DNA of 23,516 nt, taken from the IMG/VR virus record IMGVR_UViG_2585427772_000010; one strand, written 5' to 3'. The first letter of the stretch is position 1. Every line of letters begins with the position of its first letter. This stretch comes from a virus. Its lineage: Duplodnaviria; Heunggongvirae; Uroviricota; Caudoviricetes. The notes under the pieces are model-generated. The model was given only the letters and a program-made list of their open reading frames with translations. It was not told the DNA's origin and ran no database searches. The translations under genes and the position numbers were made by a program. Shown in pieces: positions 1 to 9,000 of this stretch.

Positions 1-1011
1 TTATAACGTCACTCCGCCTTTTAGTGGATTCAGAGCGACGGCATTTTGCAGATAGTCAGGCGCAAGGTGCGCATAGGCCATCGTCTGCTGAATGCTCGCA
101 TGTCCCAGAATCTGTTGCAGTGCGATTATATTGCCCCCATTCATCATGAAATGGCTTGCGAATGTATGCCGCAGGATGTGGGTTGCCTGATTGGGTGGTA
201 TATCAGGTTTCACTCTGCGTAAAATCCCGCAAAATTTCTCATAATCAACTTTGAATAATTTGGCGCTGGCCTCCTCTTTAACTTTTTTCTCCAGTTCCTC
301 AGAAATCGGCACGGTTCGCTTTTTACCGTTTTTGGTTTTCAGGAAGGTAACCCTGCAATTTGTAATCTGTGCTGGTTTTAGCGTGGCAACTTCCGTCCAT
401 CTTCCTCCAGTGCTCAGACATAAAAGCGCGACAAGTAAGTCATCACCAGCCAAAACATTTAACAGTTTTTCGATTTCTGCTTTTTCCAGGAACGTCATTT
501 CAGGGTTGGCTTCCGCCAGTGGCGGCAGTCCGTGAATTGGGTGTTGCCCGGAAAATTCATCCAATTGAATTAATTTTGTGAACATGCCGGATAATCGGTA
601 CATGTCACGGTTTATCGTTGCGGCACTGATACCATCACGTAGTCGCATGGAACGATAATCCATCAAAGCCCTTTTGCTCATCCTGCTCACTGGTATATCA
701 CCTATGCCGCTGATGGTTTTGAGTAGATGATTAAACTCTTTTGTTCCATGCTCGTGGTTTTGCCCGTGATATTTCCACCAGATGTCCAGCAACTCACTCA
801 AAGTCCGGCGGTCTGCTCGCTGGCCTCCCCATTCTTTCTGACTGGCATTGGCGATTGTGTATCGCTCAAATGCTAGTGCTTCAGCTTTTCTTTCGAATTT
901 CCTGCGGATGCGTTTTCCGTCGCGGCCGCGAGGTCTAATGTCCACTTCATAGCGACCATCATCGAGCTTCTTAATTGCCATAAGAAAGCCCTCCGGCGCT
1001 GTATTCACCAT
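1..1011 (-). CDS. int: Tyrosine integrase (P2 Int-like)
   Basis: 336-aa ORF; C-terminal catalytic region with HxLRHTFAS and LGHASIQQTMAYAHL motifs typical of phage tyrosine recombinases; position next to the C repressor as in P2. Confidence 0.9.
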   Translation of the reverse strand: MVNTAPEGFLMAIKKLDDGRYEVDIRPRGRDGKRIRRKFERKAEALAFERYTIANASQKEWGGQRADRRTLSELLDIWWKYHGQNHEHGTKEFNHLLKTISGIGDIPVSRMSKRALMDYRSMRLRDGISAATINRDMYRLSGMFTKLIQLDEFSGQHPIHGLPPLAEANPEMTFLEKAEIEKLLNVLAGDDLLVALLCLSTGGRWTEVATLKPAQITNCRVTFLKTKNGKKRTVPISEELEKKVKEEASAKLFKVDYEKFCGILRRVKPDIPPNQATHILRHTFASHFMMNGGNIIALQQILGHASIQQTMAYAHLAPDYLQNAVALNPLKGGVTL

Positions 1012-1050
1012 CTTGGTAGCAAATGGTGAAAATGTAATCTTTATATAGAG

Positions 1051-1344
1051 TTAGCCAATCCTTTTCGCGGAGTGGTTGGACTCTGTTGACTCTGGCCCAA
1101 TGTGCGCGAGAGCCGGTGCGATTTGTCCTGCGTCCGGCGCGGTTTTATCTGTCATAAGCCATAGAGCATATTTTTGGAATGTGGGATGCATAGTGATTTT
1201 TAGCAAAGCTGTGCCACCAGGTTCAAAGTTTCCTCCTTCATATTTTTTAAGTGTGCTTAGTGGTAAGTCTATGATTTCACAGAATTTTGATTGGCTTAGC
1301 CCTTCAGCCTCACGCAAGGCCTTAATCTTTTCGCTTAATTTCAT
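1051..1344 (-). CDS. C: Immunity repressor C (HTH)
   Basis: 97-aa ORF with N-terminal helix-turn-helix-like segment (LSQSKFCEIIDLPLSTLKKYE); divergent from cox, same size and position as P2 C. Confidence 0.8.
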   Translation of the reverse strand: MKLSEKIKALREAEGLSQSKFCEIIDLPLSTLKKYEGGNFEPGGTALLKITMHPTFQKYALWLMTDKTAPDAGQIAPALAHIGPESTESNHSAKRIG

Positions 1345-1465
1345 TTGACATGGTGCCTATATAGGGACTAAATTCCCTCAAAACTGGAACCTATATAGGT
1401 TCCATTGATTTGAGAATAAACCAGCGTCTAAACGGTTTTGAGTGGTTTAGAAAGGGCTGGATCCT
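1345..1465. promoter_or_regulatory. Divergent C/cox promoter-operator region with two copies of the palindrome CCTATATAGG
   Basis: CCTATATAGG at 1356-1365 and 1390-1399; the second lies inside a perfect 18-bp palindrome GGAACCTATATAGGTTCC (1386-1403); located between the divergent repressor and cox starts. Confidence 0.4.
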
Positions 1466-1753
1466 ATGAGGGTACCATATATGGACGCTGAAAATTATGT
1501 GATTCAGTATCCGCTGGACGCGGTTCATGTGGATAAATTTGCTGATTTATTAGGGAAGCCAAAGACAGCCGTCAGTGAAATGGTGAAGGCAAATAAATTA
1601 CCAATTATTGAATTACGTGATCCTTGCAAACCGAAGGCTCGTGCCGGTGAAAAATGGGTTTTCATTCCTGAGTTTAATCGCGCTGTACGTGAGGCGTTTT
1701 ATAACCGACCGGTTGAACAGCGTGATGCATGGCTTTTGTGGATGGGGTTGTGA
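1466..1753 (+). CDS. cox: Cox-like excisionase/early transcription regulator
   Basis: 95-aa ORF first on the early rightward operon, size and position of P2 Cox; an internal start at 1481 is possible. Confidence 0.65.
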   Translation: MRVPYMDAENYVIQYPLDAVHVDKFADLLGKPKTAVSEMVKANKLPIIELRDPCKPKARAGEKWVFIPEFNRAVREAFYNRPVEQRDAWLLWMGL

Positions 1754-1755
1754 TT

Positions 1756-1926
1756 ATGAATGAGCCGCGTTGTATTGCTCAGTTATTGCGTAACGAAAGC
1801 CCCAGGGTGATTGACTTCACCATCACCCACGGGAAGGGACGCAAGGGAATCATTATCCGCACCAAAAAACAGAGTCCGTTAAAGAAGGCTCTGACCTTTC
1901 TGAAAAGCCGGAGGGTCTGGAAATGA
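1756..1926 (+). CDS. Small early protein (P2 orf78 position)
   Basis: ATG at 1756 directly after the cox stop (TGATTATG), in frame with ORF 1729-1926; ends overlapping the B start. Confidence 0.4.
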   Translation: MNEPRCIAQLLRNESPRVIDFTITHGKGRKGIIIRTKKQSPLKKALTFLKSRRVWK

Positions 1927-2423
1927 CAGTGATGACGCTTAATCTCGTTGAAAAACAGCCAGCAGCTATGCGCCGGATAATTGGTAAGCATCTGGCCGTC
2001 CCTCGCTGGCAGGATACATGTGATTATTATAATCAGATGATGGAACGCGAACGGCTAACAGTTTGCTTTCATGCGCAGTTAAAACAACGTCATGCAACGA
2101 TGCGTTTTGAAGAAATGAACGACGTCGAACGTGAACGGCTGGTTTGTGCAATTGATGAATTGCGTGGGGCATTCTCAAAACGCCGTCAGGTTGGCGCAAG
2201 TGAGTATGCATATATTAGTTTTTTAACAGTCAGTCAGCGTCGTACTTTATTTATGCATGCCGGATTGACTGAAAAAGAATTCAACCAGCCATACTGGCGA
2301 ATTAATGAAGAGTCATGTTACTGGCGTGATGCTTTATTCCGTGCATTACGTGAATTATTCAGCCTGTTTGAGTATGCACCGACAATTCTGACGTCGGTAA
2401 AACCAGAGCAATATCTGCATTAA
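1923..2423 (+). CDS. B: Replication protein B (helicase-loading accessory)
   Basis: 166-aa ORF, same length and position as P2 B; start overlaps the upstream stop (ATGA). Confidence 0.8.
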   Translation: MTVMTLNLVEKQPAAMRRIIGKHLAVPRWQDTCDYYNQMMERERLTVCFHAQLKQRHATMRFEEMNDVERERLVCAIDELRGAFSKRRQVGASEYAYISFLTVSQRRTLFMHAGLTEKEFNQPYWRINEESCYWRDALFRALRELFSLFEYAPTILTSVKPEQYLH

Positions 2424-2486
2424 ATAATTAACCAGAGTTTTAAACGCACTTAATCGTGCGGGGCTTCTTTTTGCCTGGAGAAAGTC

Positions 2487-2711
2487 ATGCATACAGTTTC
2501 TGAAAATCAGTGCGGTAAATACGCATTACTGCTGCAACAGGCCAGAACCGAAGCACAGGCTGACGCTGCGACGCGCTTTTCTTCTCATCTTGACGCCATG
2601 ATTCGCCATATCACAAAGGCGGAGTTATCCCGCGTGGAGATAGTCGAGCTACTCAGTCAGGAGTCGGAAAAATTTCACAATATCGGATTGTCTCGCGGGG
2701 AGGTGCTTTGA
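2487..2711 (+). CDS. Hypothetical early protein (P2 orf80 position)
   Basis: 74-aa ORF in the early operon between B and A; stop overlaps next start. Confidence 0.55.
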   Translation: MHTVSENQCGKYALLLQQARTEAQADAATRFSSHLDAMIRHITKAELSRVEIVELLSQESEKFHNIGLSRGEVL

Positions 2712-3010
2712 TGTCCTGTTCTCATTCAGTTGTATTACTGAATAACGCCTTAAAAATCGCCGTTATGAAAAATGGCGATTTGTCTCTTATCCAACTTTGT
2801 CTTGATAAAGAAAAACGCGACATCACTGAATCTGTTATCGCGATTTATCAGAGCGAATTAAACCTCCTGTCTGATGTGATCAATTTACTTGTGAAACGCG
2901 CTGTATTCCACAAGCAAATTTCCTCAGTGGATGAACTGACAAAATTAACGACAGAACTCGCCAGTTATTGCGCTGATGTATCCAGGAAACTTAACGATAA
3001 AAGGAGCTGA
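2708..3010 (+). CDS. Hypothetical early protein (P2 orf81 position)
   Basis: 100-aa ORF, translationally coupled to neighbours. Confidence 0.55.
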   Translation: MMSCSHSVVLLNNALKIAVMKNGDLSLIQLCLDKEKRDITESVIAIYQSELNLLSDVINLLVKRAVFHKQISSVDELTKLTTELASYCADVSRKLNDKRS

Positions 3011-3012
3011 TA

Positions 3013-3237
3013 ATGCCGGACAACGTAGATTTTATTCAGGAACAACAGGCTGAATTACTGGAGCGCCAGATTAACGCGGCAAGGGTAAAACATTGCGGTG
3101 TTTCTTCGCTGGTTTGCGAAGAGTGTGACGCTCCAATACCTGCTGCCCGTCGTGCGGCTTATCCGTCAGCCACGCGTTGTGTTTCCTGTCAGTCAGTCTT
3201 TGAAGCAAAAAACAAACATTACCGGAGAACGGCATGA
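3013..3237 (+). CDS. TraR/DksA-type C4 zinc-finger protein (P2 orf82 position)
   Basis: 74-aa ORF with CxxC...CxxC (CEECDAPIP...RCVSCQ) characteristic of the DksA/TraR zinc-finger family. Confidence 0.65.
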   Translation: MPDNVDFIQEQQAELLERQINAARVKHCGVSSLVCEECDAPIPAARRAAYPSATRCVSCQSVFEAKNKHYRRTA

Positions 3238-3509
3238 GTATTCGTATTGAAATTGGCGAACGTTATGTCGTTACCAGTGACAGCTTTCAGTTTATTCTCC
3301 ACGAGAAAAAGAGAGCGGAAAGCGGTAAAAACGCCGGTCAGGAATGGCTGGCGGTGGTTGGTTATTACCCGAAATTAAGCCAGCTCGTTTCCGGCCTGAT
3401 GCATCACGATATTCTGACCGGAAGCGCAAAGTCTTTTGCTGATTTAAACGGGCAGGTTGAGCAACTCAGCAAGCGTTGTTCAGAGGCTTTTGGCTCATAT
3501 GGCCGTTAA
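3234..3509 (+). CDS. Hypothetical early protein (P2 orf83 position)
   Basis: 91-aa ORF, start overlaps orf82 stop; 3' end overlaps the A start by 11 nt. Confidence 0.55.
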   Translation: MSIRIEIGERYVVTSDSFQFILHEKKRAESGKNAGQEWLAVVGYYPKLSQLVSGLMHHDILTGSAKSFADLNGQVEQLSKRCSEAFGSYGR

Positions 3510-5778
3510 AGCCTCCGGGCGTTTTGTCCCTCCGTCAGCATTTGCCGCAGGCACCGGTAAGACGTTTACCGGTGCTTATGCATGGAACGCGCCACGCGAG
3601 GCCGTCGGGCGCGAAAGACCCCTTACACGTGACGAGATGCGTCAGGTGCAAGGTGTTTTATCCACGATTAACCGCCTGCCTTACTTTTTGCGTTCGCTGT
3701 TTACTTCACGCTATGACTACATCCGGCGCAATAAAAGCCCGGTGCACGGGTTTTATTTCCTCACATCCACTTTTCAGCGTCGTTTATGGCCGCGCATTGA
3801 GCGCGTGAATCAGCGCCATGAAATGAACACCGACGCGTCGTTACTGTTTCTGGCAGAGCGTGACCACTATGCGCGCCTGCCGGGAATGAATGACAAGGAG
3901 CTGAAAAAATTTGCCGCCCGTATCTCATCGCAGCTTTTCATGATGTATGAGGAACTCTGCGATGCCTGGGTGGATGCCCATGGCGAAAAAGAATCGCTGT
4001 TTACGGATGAGGCGCAGGCTCACCTGTATGGTCATGTTGCTGGCGCTGCACGTGCTTTCAATATTTCCCCGCTCTACTGGAAAAAATACCGTAAAGGACA
4101 GATGACCACGAGGCAGGCATATTCTGCCATTGCCCGCCTGTTTAACGATGAGTGGTGGACTCATCAGCTTAAAGGCCAGCGTATGCGCTGGCATGAGGCG
4201 TTACTGATTGCTGTCGGGGAGGTCAATAAAGACCGTTCTCCTTATGCCAGTAAACATGCCATTCGTGATGTGCGTGCACGCCGCCAGGCAAATCTGGAAT
4301 TTCTTAAATCGTGTGACCTTGAAAACAGGGAAACCGGCGAGCGCATCGACCTTATCAGTAAGGTGATGGGCAGTATTTCTAATCCTGAAATTCGCCGGAT
4401 GGAGCTGATGAACACCATTGCCGGTATTGAGCGTTACGCCGCAGCAGAGGGTGATGTGGGGATGTTTATCACGCTGACCGCGCCGTCAAAGTATCACCCG
4501 ACACGTCAGGTCGGAAAAGGCGAAAGTAAAACCGTCCAGCTAAATCACGGCTGGAACGATGAGGCATTTAATCCAAAGGATGCGCAGCGTTATCTCTGCC
4601 ATATCTGGAGCCTGATGCGCACGGCATTCAAGGATAATGATTTACAGGTCTACGGTTTGCGTGTCGTCGAGCCACACCACGACGGAACGCCGCACTGGCA
4701 TATGATGCTTTTTTGTAATCCACGCCAGCGTAACCAGATTATTGAAATCATGCGTCGCTATGCGCTCAAAGAGGATGGCGACGAAAGAGGAGCCGCGCGA
4801 AACCGTTTTCAGGCAAAACACCTTAACCGGGGCGGTGCTGCGGGATATATCGCGAAATACATCTCAAAAAACATCGACGGCTATGCACTGGATGGTCAGC
4901 TCGATAATGATACCGGTAGGCCGCTGAAAGACACAGCTGCGGCTGTTACCGCATGGGCGTCAACGTGGCGCATTCCGCAATTTAAAACGGTTGGTCTGCC
5001 GACAATGGGGGCTTACCGTGAACTACGCAAATTGCCTCGCGGCGTCAGCATTGCTGATGAGTTTGACGAGCGCGTCGAGGCTGCACGCGCCGCTGCAGAC
5101 AGTGGTGATTTTGCGTTGTATATCAGCGCGCAGGGCGGGGCAAATGTCCCGCGCGATTGTCAGACTGTCAGGGTCGCCCGTAGCCCGTCGGATGACGTTA
5201 ACGAGTACGAGGAAGAAGTCGAGAGAGTGGTCGGCATTTACGCGCCGCATCTCGGCGCGCGTCATATTCATATCACCAGAACGACGGACTGGCGCATTGT
5301 TCCGAAAGTGCCGGTCGTTGAGCCTTTGACTTTAAAAAGCGGCATCGCCGCGCCTCGGAGTCCTGTCAATAACTGTGGAAAGCTCACCGGTGGTGATACT
5401 TCGTTACCGGCTCCCACACCTTCTGAGCACGCCGCAGCAGTGCTTAATCTGGTTGATGACGGTGTTATTGAATGGAATGACCAGGAGGTCGTGAGGGCGC
5501 TCAGGGGCGCATTAAAACGAGGTCTGAGAAGACCAAACCGTCAGCAAAGAAACGGAAGCCCGTTAAAACAGCATGAAATGGCACCATCGGCCAGACTGAC
5601 CCGGTCAGAACGAATGCAAATTACCCGTATCCGCGTTGACCTTGCTCAGAACGGTATCAGGCCGCAGCGATGGGAGCTTGAGGCGCTGGCGCGTGGAGCA
5701 ATTGTAAATTACGACGGGAAAAAATTCACGTATCCAGTCGCTGATGAGTGGCGGGGATTCTCAGCAGTAATGGAGTGA
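3499..5778 (+). CDS. A: Replication initiation protein A (rolling-circle HUH endonuclease)
   Basis: Long ORF; start placed at the internal ATG 3499 (MAVKASGRF...) by comparison with P2 A as I recall it; contains an HUH-like motif (PHWHMML) and a tyrosine pair (GYIAKYISK) expected for rolling-circle initiators. Confidence 0.9.
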   Translation: MAVKASGRFVPPSAFAAGTGKTFTGAYAWNAPREAVGRERPLTRDEMRQVQGVLSTINRLPYFLRSLFTSRYDYIRRNKSPVHGFYFLTSTFQRRLWPRIERVNQRHEMNTDASLLFLAERDHYARLPGMNDKELKKFAARISSQLFMMYEELCDAWVDAHGEKESLFTDEAQAHLYGHVAGAARAFNISPLYWKKYRKGQMTTRQAYSAIARLFNDEWWTHQLKGQRMRWHEALLIAVGEVNKDRSPYASKHAIRDVRARRQANLEFLKSCDLENRETGERIDLISKVMGSISNPEIRRMELMNTIAGIERYAAAEGDVGMFITLTAPSKYHPTRQVGKGESKTVQLNHGWNDEAFNPKDAQRYLCHIWSLMRTAFKDNDLQVYGLRVVEPHHDGTPHWHMMLFCNPRQRNQIIEIMRRYALKEDGDERGAARNRFQAKHLNRGGAAGYIAKYISKNIDGYALDGQLDNDTGRPLKDTAAAVTAWASTWRIPQFKTVGLPTMGAYRELRKLPRGVSIADEFDERVEAARAAADSGDFALYISAQGGANVPRDCQTVRVARSPSDDVNEYEEEVERVVGIYAPHLGARHIHITRTTDWRIVPKVPVVEPLTLKSGIAAPRSPVNNCGKLTGGDTSLPAPTPSEHAAAVLNLVDDGVIEWNDQEVVRALRGALKRGLRRPNRQQRNGSPLKQHEMAPSARLTRSERMQITRIRVDLAQNGIRPQRWELEALARGAIVNYDGKKFTYPVADEWRGFSAVME

Positions 5779-6107
5779 ACGTCGCCAGTTGCGAAAATTA
5801 TTTACAGGGGGCAGCGTTAAGCATCTAAAGATCTTGTTCTATGATTAGAATGTTTCCTCGTTGCACTCTCGTATAGTTATTTAATGGGAAGATGTACTCT
5901 ATATGTTGTGTTTTGGTGATAAATGAAGCCAAAGGAAGGAGATTTTGCTTGATTGATGGGCGCTCTTTGCTATACACCTTGTATTGAGAAGGAGAAGTAA
6001 TCAAGGATTAAGCTGGCTTTTGTCAAAAATCTGAAAAGCTTTTTTGACTGAATACGATAGCGAGTTGTACTATTTGCGCCCTCAAAAGTAACCGGCGGCT
6101 GGGTAAA

Positions 6108-6482
6108 ATGGGGAAGCAAGGCAAAGGCAAAGGCAACAAAAATCAGGTTAAGGTTACGTGGGCTCAGGCGTGGCGGGATGTAATGATAAGAGCCATGTCT
6201 AATGGTCAGTTGATACCTATTACCATCAGTATTATTTTAATGATTGCTGCATGGAGGTTACCAAAAACAGACTTGTCCAATTTAGCCTTCTCTATTGTTG
6301 ATGGCTTTAAGGAGCATTCCTTGGTTGGTTGGGCTATCTCGGTAATAGTGGGTTTGGCTTGGTCTGCACATGCGCGAATCATGAGGCGCTGTTTTAGTTC
6401 CGAGGCACAGAGAATCGGTAACGAGAAAACAAAGTATCAACAAAGACAGACCACTCAAGCCTTGGGTACAAGTGATAAATAG
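6108..6482 (+). CDS. Small membrane protein with two predicted TM helices (cargo gene 1)
   Basis: 124-aa ORF; lysine-rich N-terminus, hydrophobic segments LIPITISIILMIAAW and LVGWAISVIVGLAWSA; AT-rich; start uncertain (alternative ATGs at 6183 and 6195). Confidence 0.5.
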   Translation: MGKQGKGKGNKNQVKVTWAQAWRDVMIRAMSNGQLIPITISIILMIAAWRLPKTDLSNLAFSIVDGFKEHSLVGWAISVIVGLAWSAHARIMRRCFSSEAQRIGNEKTKYQQRQTTQALGTSDK

Positions 6483-6502
6483 TTGTTTATTTAGGAGTTA
6501 TT

Positions 6503-7060
6503 ATGCTGACAGTGCTGTTTTATGTGCTGTTGGGTTTAGGCGCAGCACACTTCATTTACGAGCGAATCATTTTGCCGTCCATCCGACTTCATTATAGAAA
6601 CCAATTGTTTGCGCTTCGTGATGTCGCTAGGAGGAAAATCATTGATGGAGGTTCCGATACTTCCATGCAAGCGGCAACACTTGTGCATGACTCATTGAAT
6701 AACGCTATCAATAGATTGCATTTACTCACGTTGCCAAACAAATTTCGTGCTCAAAAGCGTATGGCAGAAAACCATGCAATAAGGCAGAAAATTCGGCGTG
6801 AGATAGATGTTTTCAAACGCTGTGATGATAGAGAAGTTGTTGATGTACTGTTTAAATCCGGTCGGATACTTGAAAATGTACTGTTATTCAATAGCTTAAT
6901 GTTATTGCTTTACATGTTTCCATTTGTCCTTGCTGTATGGTTCTGTGTTAGGGTCATAAAGACAGCAAGTAGTTTAGTACAGTGGGTCAAAGGAAGAGAT
7001 TTAGAGGAAGCTATAATGCTGCTTCCTGATACTCAGGTTGAAAAGGTTGTATACGCATAA
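6503..7060 (+). CDS. Membrane protein with N- and C-terminal hydrophobic helices (cargo gene 2)
   Basis: 185-aa ORF; AGGAG 6 nt upstream of the ATG; 20-nt gap from gene 1 (operon); hydrophobic N-terminus (LTVLFYVLLGLGAAHFIY) and C-proximal helix (LLFNSLMLLLYMFPFVLAVWFCV); followed by a terminator. Confidence 0.65.
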   Translation: MLTVLFYVLLGLGAAHFIYERIILPSIRLHYRNQLFALRDVARRKIIDGGSDTSMQAATLVHDSLNNAINRLHLLTLPNKFRAQKRMAENHAIRQKIRREIDVFKRCDDREVVDVLFKSGRILENVLLFNSLMLLLYMFPFVLAVWFCVRVIKTASSLVQWVKGRDLEEAIMLLPDTQVEKVVYA

Positions 7061-7089
7061 AAATCACCCCTTAGGGGGTGATTTTTTTA
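7061..7089 (+). terminator. Rho-independent terminator
   Basis: ATCACCCC-TTAG-GGGGTGAT hairpin followed by a 7-T run immediately after the 6503-7060 stop. Confidence 0.7.
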
Positions 7090-7299
7090 CATGACTTTTG
7101 ATTAGCTGACATTGTAAATCCGCATGTATCAGATGCATTGTTTTGCATGTGGAAATGGGTGTTTTCACTGCCAGCTATCGCTACATGTAGCAAAAACACG
7201 GGCTTAATAAGAAATCATTCTGCCATAAGGCATAACTTCCCCGCGTGCTCAGGTATTGACGTCATAGATATGGATCTTTTTTAATCAAGGTATGGTATT

Positions 7300-8247
7300 A
7301 TGAAGATATTTATTAGTTGGTCAGGTCAGGACAGCCTGGAGATAGCAAAAGTATTACGGGATTGGATACCGAATGTTATTCAAGTAGCTGAGCCGTACGT
7401 ATCAGCGGAAGATATTGATAAAGGCACTCGCTGGGCGACTGATATATCAAAGGAACTTGATGACTCTTCTTATGGGATTATTTGCCTTACAAAAAATAAT
7501 ATTAATGCACCGTGGATAAATTTTGAGGCGGGGGCTTTAGGTAAAAAGGTTGATAAGAGCCGGGTTAGTCCTTTCTTGTTTAAAATTAAACCATCTGAGA
7601 TAACAGGCCCAATATTACAATTCCAGTATACTCGTTCGGATGATAAGAACGATATTTTGAAGTTGATGTTGTCAATAAATAATCAAGCAGGATTTTTGAC
7701 TGAAGAACGCTTAACTAAAGCTTTCGAGCAATGGTGGCCAAGTTTAGAGCGTGAGTTAGATAACATTCAAGATATTAACCCTGTAGATAAAGATTCCACT
7801 AAAAAAACAAAAGGTGATTCGACTTCTGAGATACAAAATCTTTCCAAAATTGTTGAAAGTTTGCTGGATATTAGCCGAACAAATCACCAATTATTGCGTG
7901 ATCCAGCATCATTATTGCCAGAAGAATATGTTAGCAAAATAATAAACAGGGAAGGGCGTAAAGAAACTGTTTTAAAAATTGTAGCTTCTGATTTATTATC
8001 CATGCATCATTCACTAATTCGTGTAAAAAGAAGATTTATTCGTCGTGGTATTGATGAAACATCTAGGAGCGAGTTAATTGAATCATTAAATAAAATGATA
8101 ATGGATTGTTCTAGAGTAATCGCTCACTTAGATAATTATTGTGGGGCTTCATCAAACAATATGTTCAATAGTGCGCTTAGATTGCGGACCAGAAATTTAA
8201 TTGACATGATGGATGAGGAGGATGCAGAACGGGATGAAATGGAATAA
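7300..8247 (+). CDS. TIR-like domain protein with uncharacterised helical C-terminal half (cargo gene 3)
   Basis: 315-aa ORF; N-terminal ~130 aa carries the bacterial TIR-like pattern (KIFISWSGQD ... GIICLTKNN ... PWINFEAG) with a glutamate at the position of the catalytic Glu of TIR NADases; C-terminal ~170 aa is charged/helical and unrecognised. The domain call is from motif reading only. Confidence 0.6.
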   Translation: MKIFISWSGQDSLEIAKVLRDWIPNVIQVAEPYVSAEDIDKGTRWATDISKELDDSSYGIICLTKNNINAPWINFEAGALGKKVDKSRVSPFLFKIKPSEITGPILQFQYTRSDDKNDILKLMLSINNQAGFLTEERLTKAFEQWWPSLERELDNIQDINPVDKDSTKKTKGDSTSEIQNLSKIVESLLDISRTNHQLLRDPASLLPEEYVSKIINREGRKETVLKIVASDLLSMHHSLIRVKRRFIRRGIDETSRSELIESLNKMIMDCSRVIAHLDNYCGASSNNMFNSALRLRTRNLIDMMDEEDAERDEME

Positions 8248-8791
8248 TCAATTTTGACTAATCATAAATAATTTTGCATATATAAACTTATAATGCCGCA
8301 GCCGCTATTTTTCAGCGGCTGTATATCGCTTATAATGGGTATGTTATTTTTATTTTGATAAAATCATTAAAATTGTCGATGTTATATGAATGCACATGTA
8401 TTATTAATGTTAGAAGATTATGCCTGCTTACGGCTATTGTGCTGAATTCAACTATGAACGCATCAGTATTAAAATCGTTCCATGAAATGTTCTTCGTCTA
8501 CAGCAGATGATGGGCAACGAAAAAATGACGCTGAGTGAGTTGGTCGGGGAGAATTGTTAGAGGTATTTATGGAGTGGTTTAATAATATCGGTCAATCCTG
8601 AGTTGCAGCATCACATAGACGATAGGGAATCTCTCCAGTCGTTCTGGAATGGCAGCGTTGAACAACAAGCACAGCGAGGCGTTAGATGCCCATCAGATTG
8701 ACACAGAGGGTTTATGAATCGCTGGGATTTACTTAGTTTGAAAAATAATATATTTATATGTTTTTGTATTGTGTTTGTTAAGGAGTTTGGA

Positions 8792-8998
8792 TTGAAAAGA
8801 AAACTGATTTGTGTTATGGCTTTTTGGGGGGCGTTGCTGGCTGGTTGTAATGAGAGTAATAAAAAAGAAGTTGAGGGTTGTATTGAAAGAGGTGTCCAAT
8901 ATTTTATAGAGATTGGTTCTTACCCTAAATTAAGTGATGGGCGTGATGCTGTAAAAGTTGCTACTGAACGTTGTAATAGAACAATAACGGCTTTCTGA
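8792..8998 (+). CDS. Small predicted lipoprotein (cargo gene 4)
   Basis: Track ORF 8714-8998; preferred start is the in-frame TTG at 8792, preceded by AAGGAG (8780-8785), giving a classical lipoprotein signal peptide (KRK, hydrophobic core, lipobox LLAG-C); about 49-aa mature protein with three further Cys. Confidence 0.5.
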   Translation: MKRKLICVMAFWGALLAGCNESNKKEVEGCIERGVQYFIEIGSYPKLSDGRDAVKVATERCNRTITAF

Positions 8999-9000
8999 TA

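Noticed and set aside
3457-3498. Upstream in-frame ATG starts for A (3457), and likewise for V (15046), ogr (22096) and fieF (22572)
   Set aside because: The internal ATGs reproduce the N-termini I recall for these proteins and avoid long overlaps with upstream genes; the longer versions are ORF-finder extensions.
5779-6107. Short ORFs and the inverted repeat GTCAAAAA...TTTTTGAC (about 6031-6057) between A and the first cargo gene
   Set aside because: ORFs are under 15 codons with poorly spaced RBS; the inverted repeat may be a regulatory site but there is nothing to support a specific call.
8714-8791. Upstream ATG start (8714) for the small lipoprotein ORF
   Set aside because: The extension has no RBS and would bury the signal peptide; the TTG at 8792 has an AAGGAG and yields a canonical lipoprotein signal. 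The start remains uncertain.
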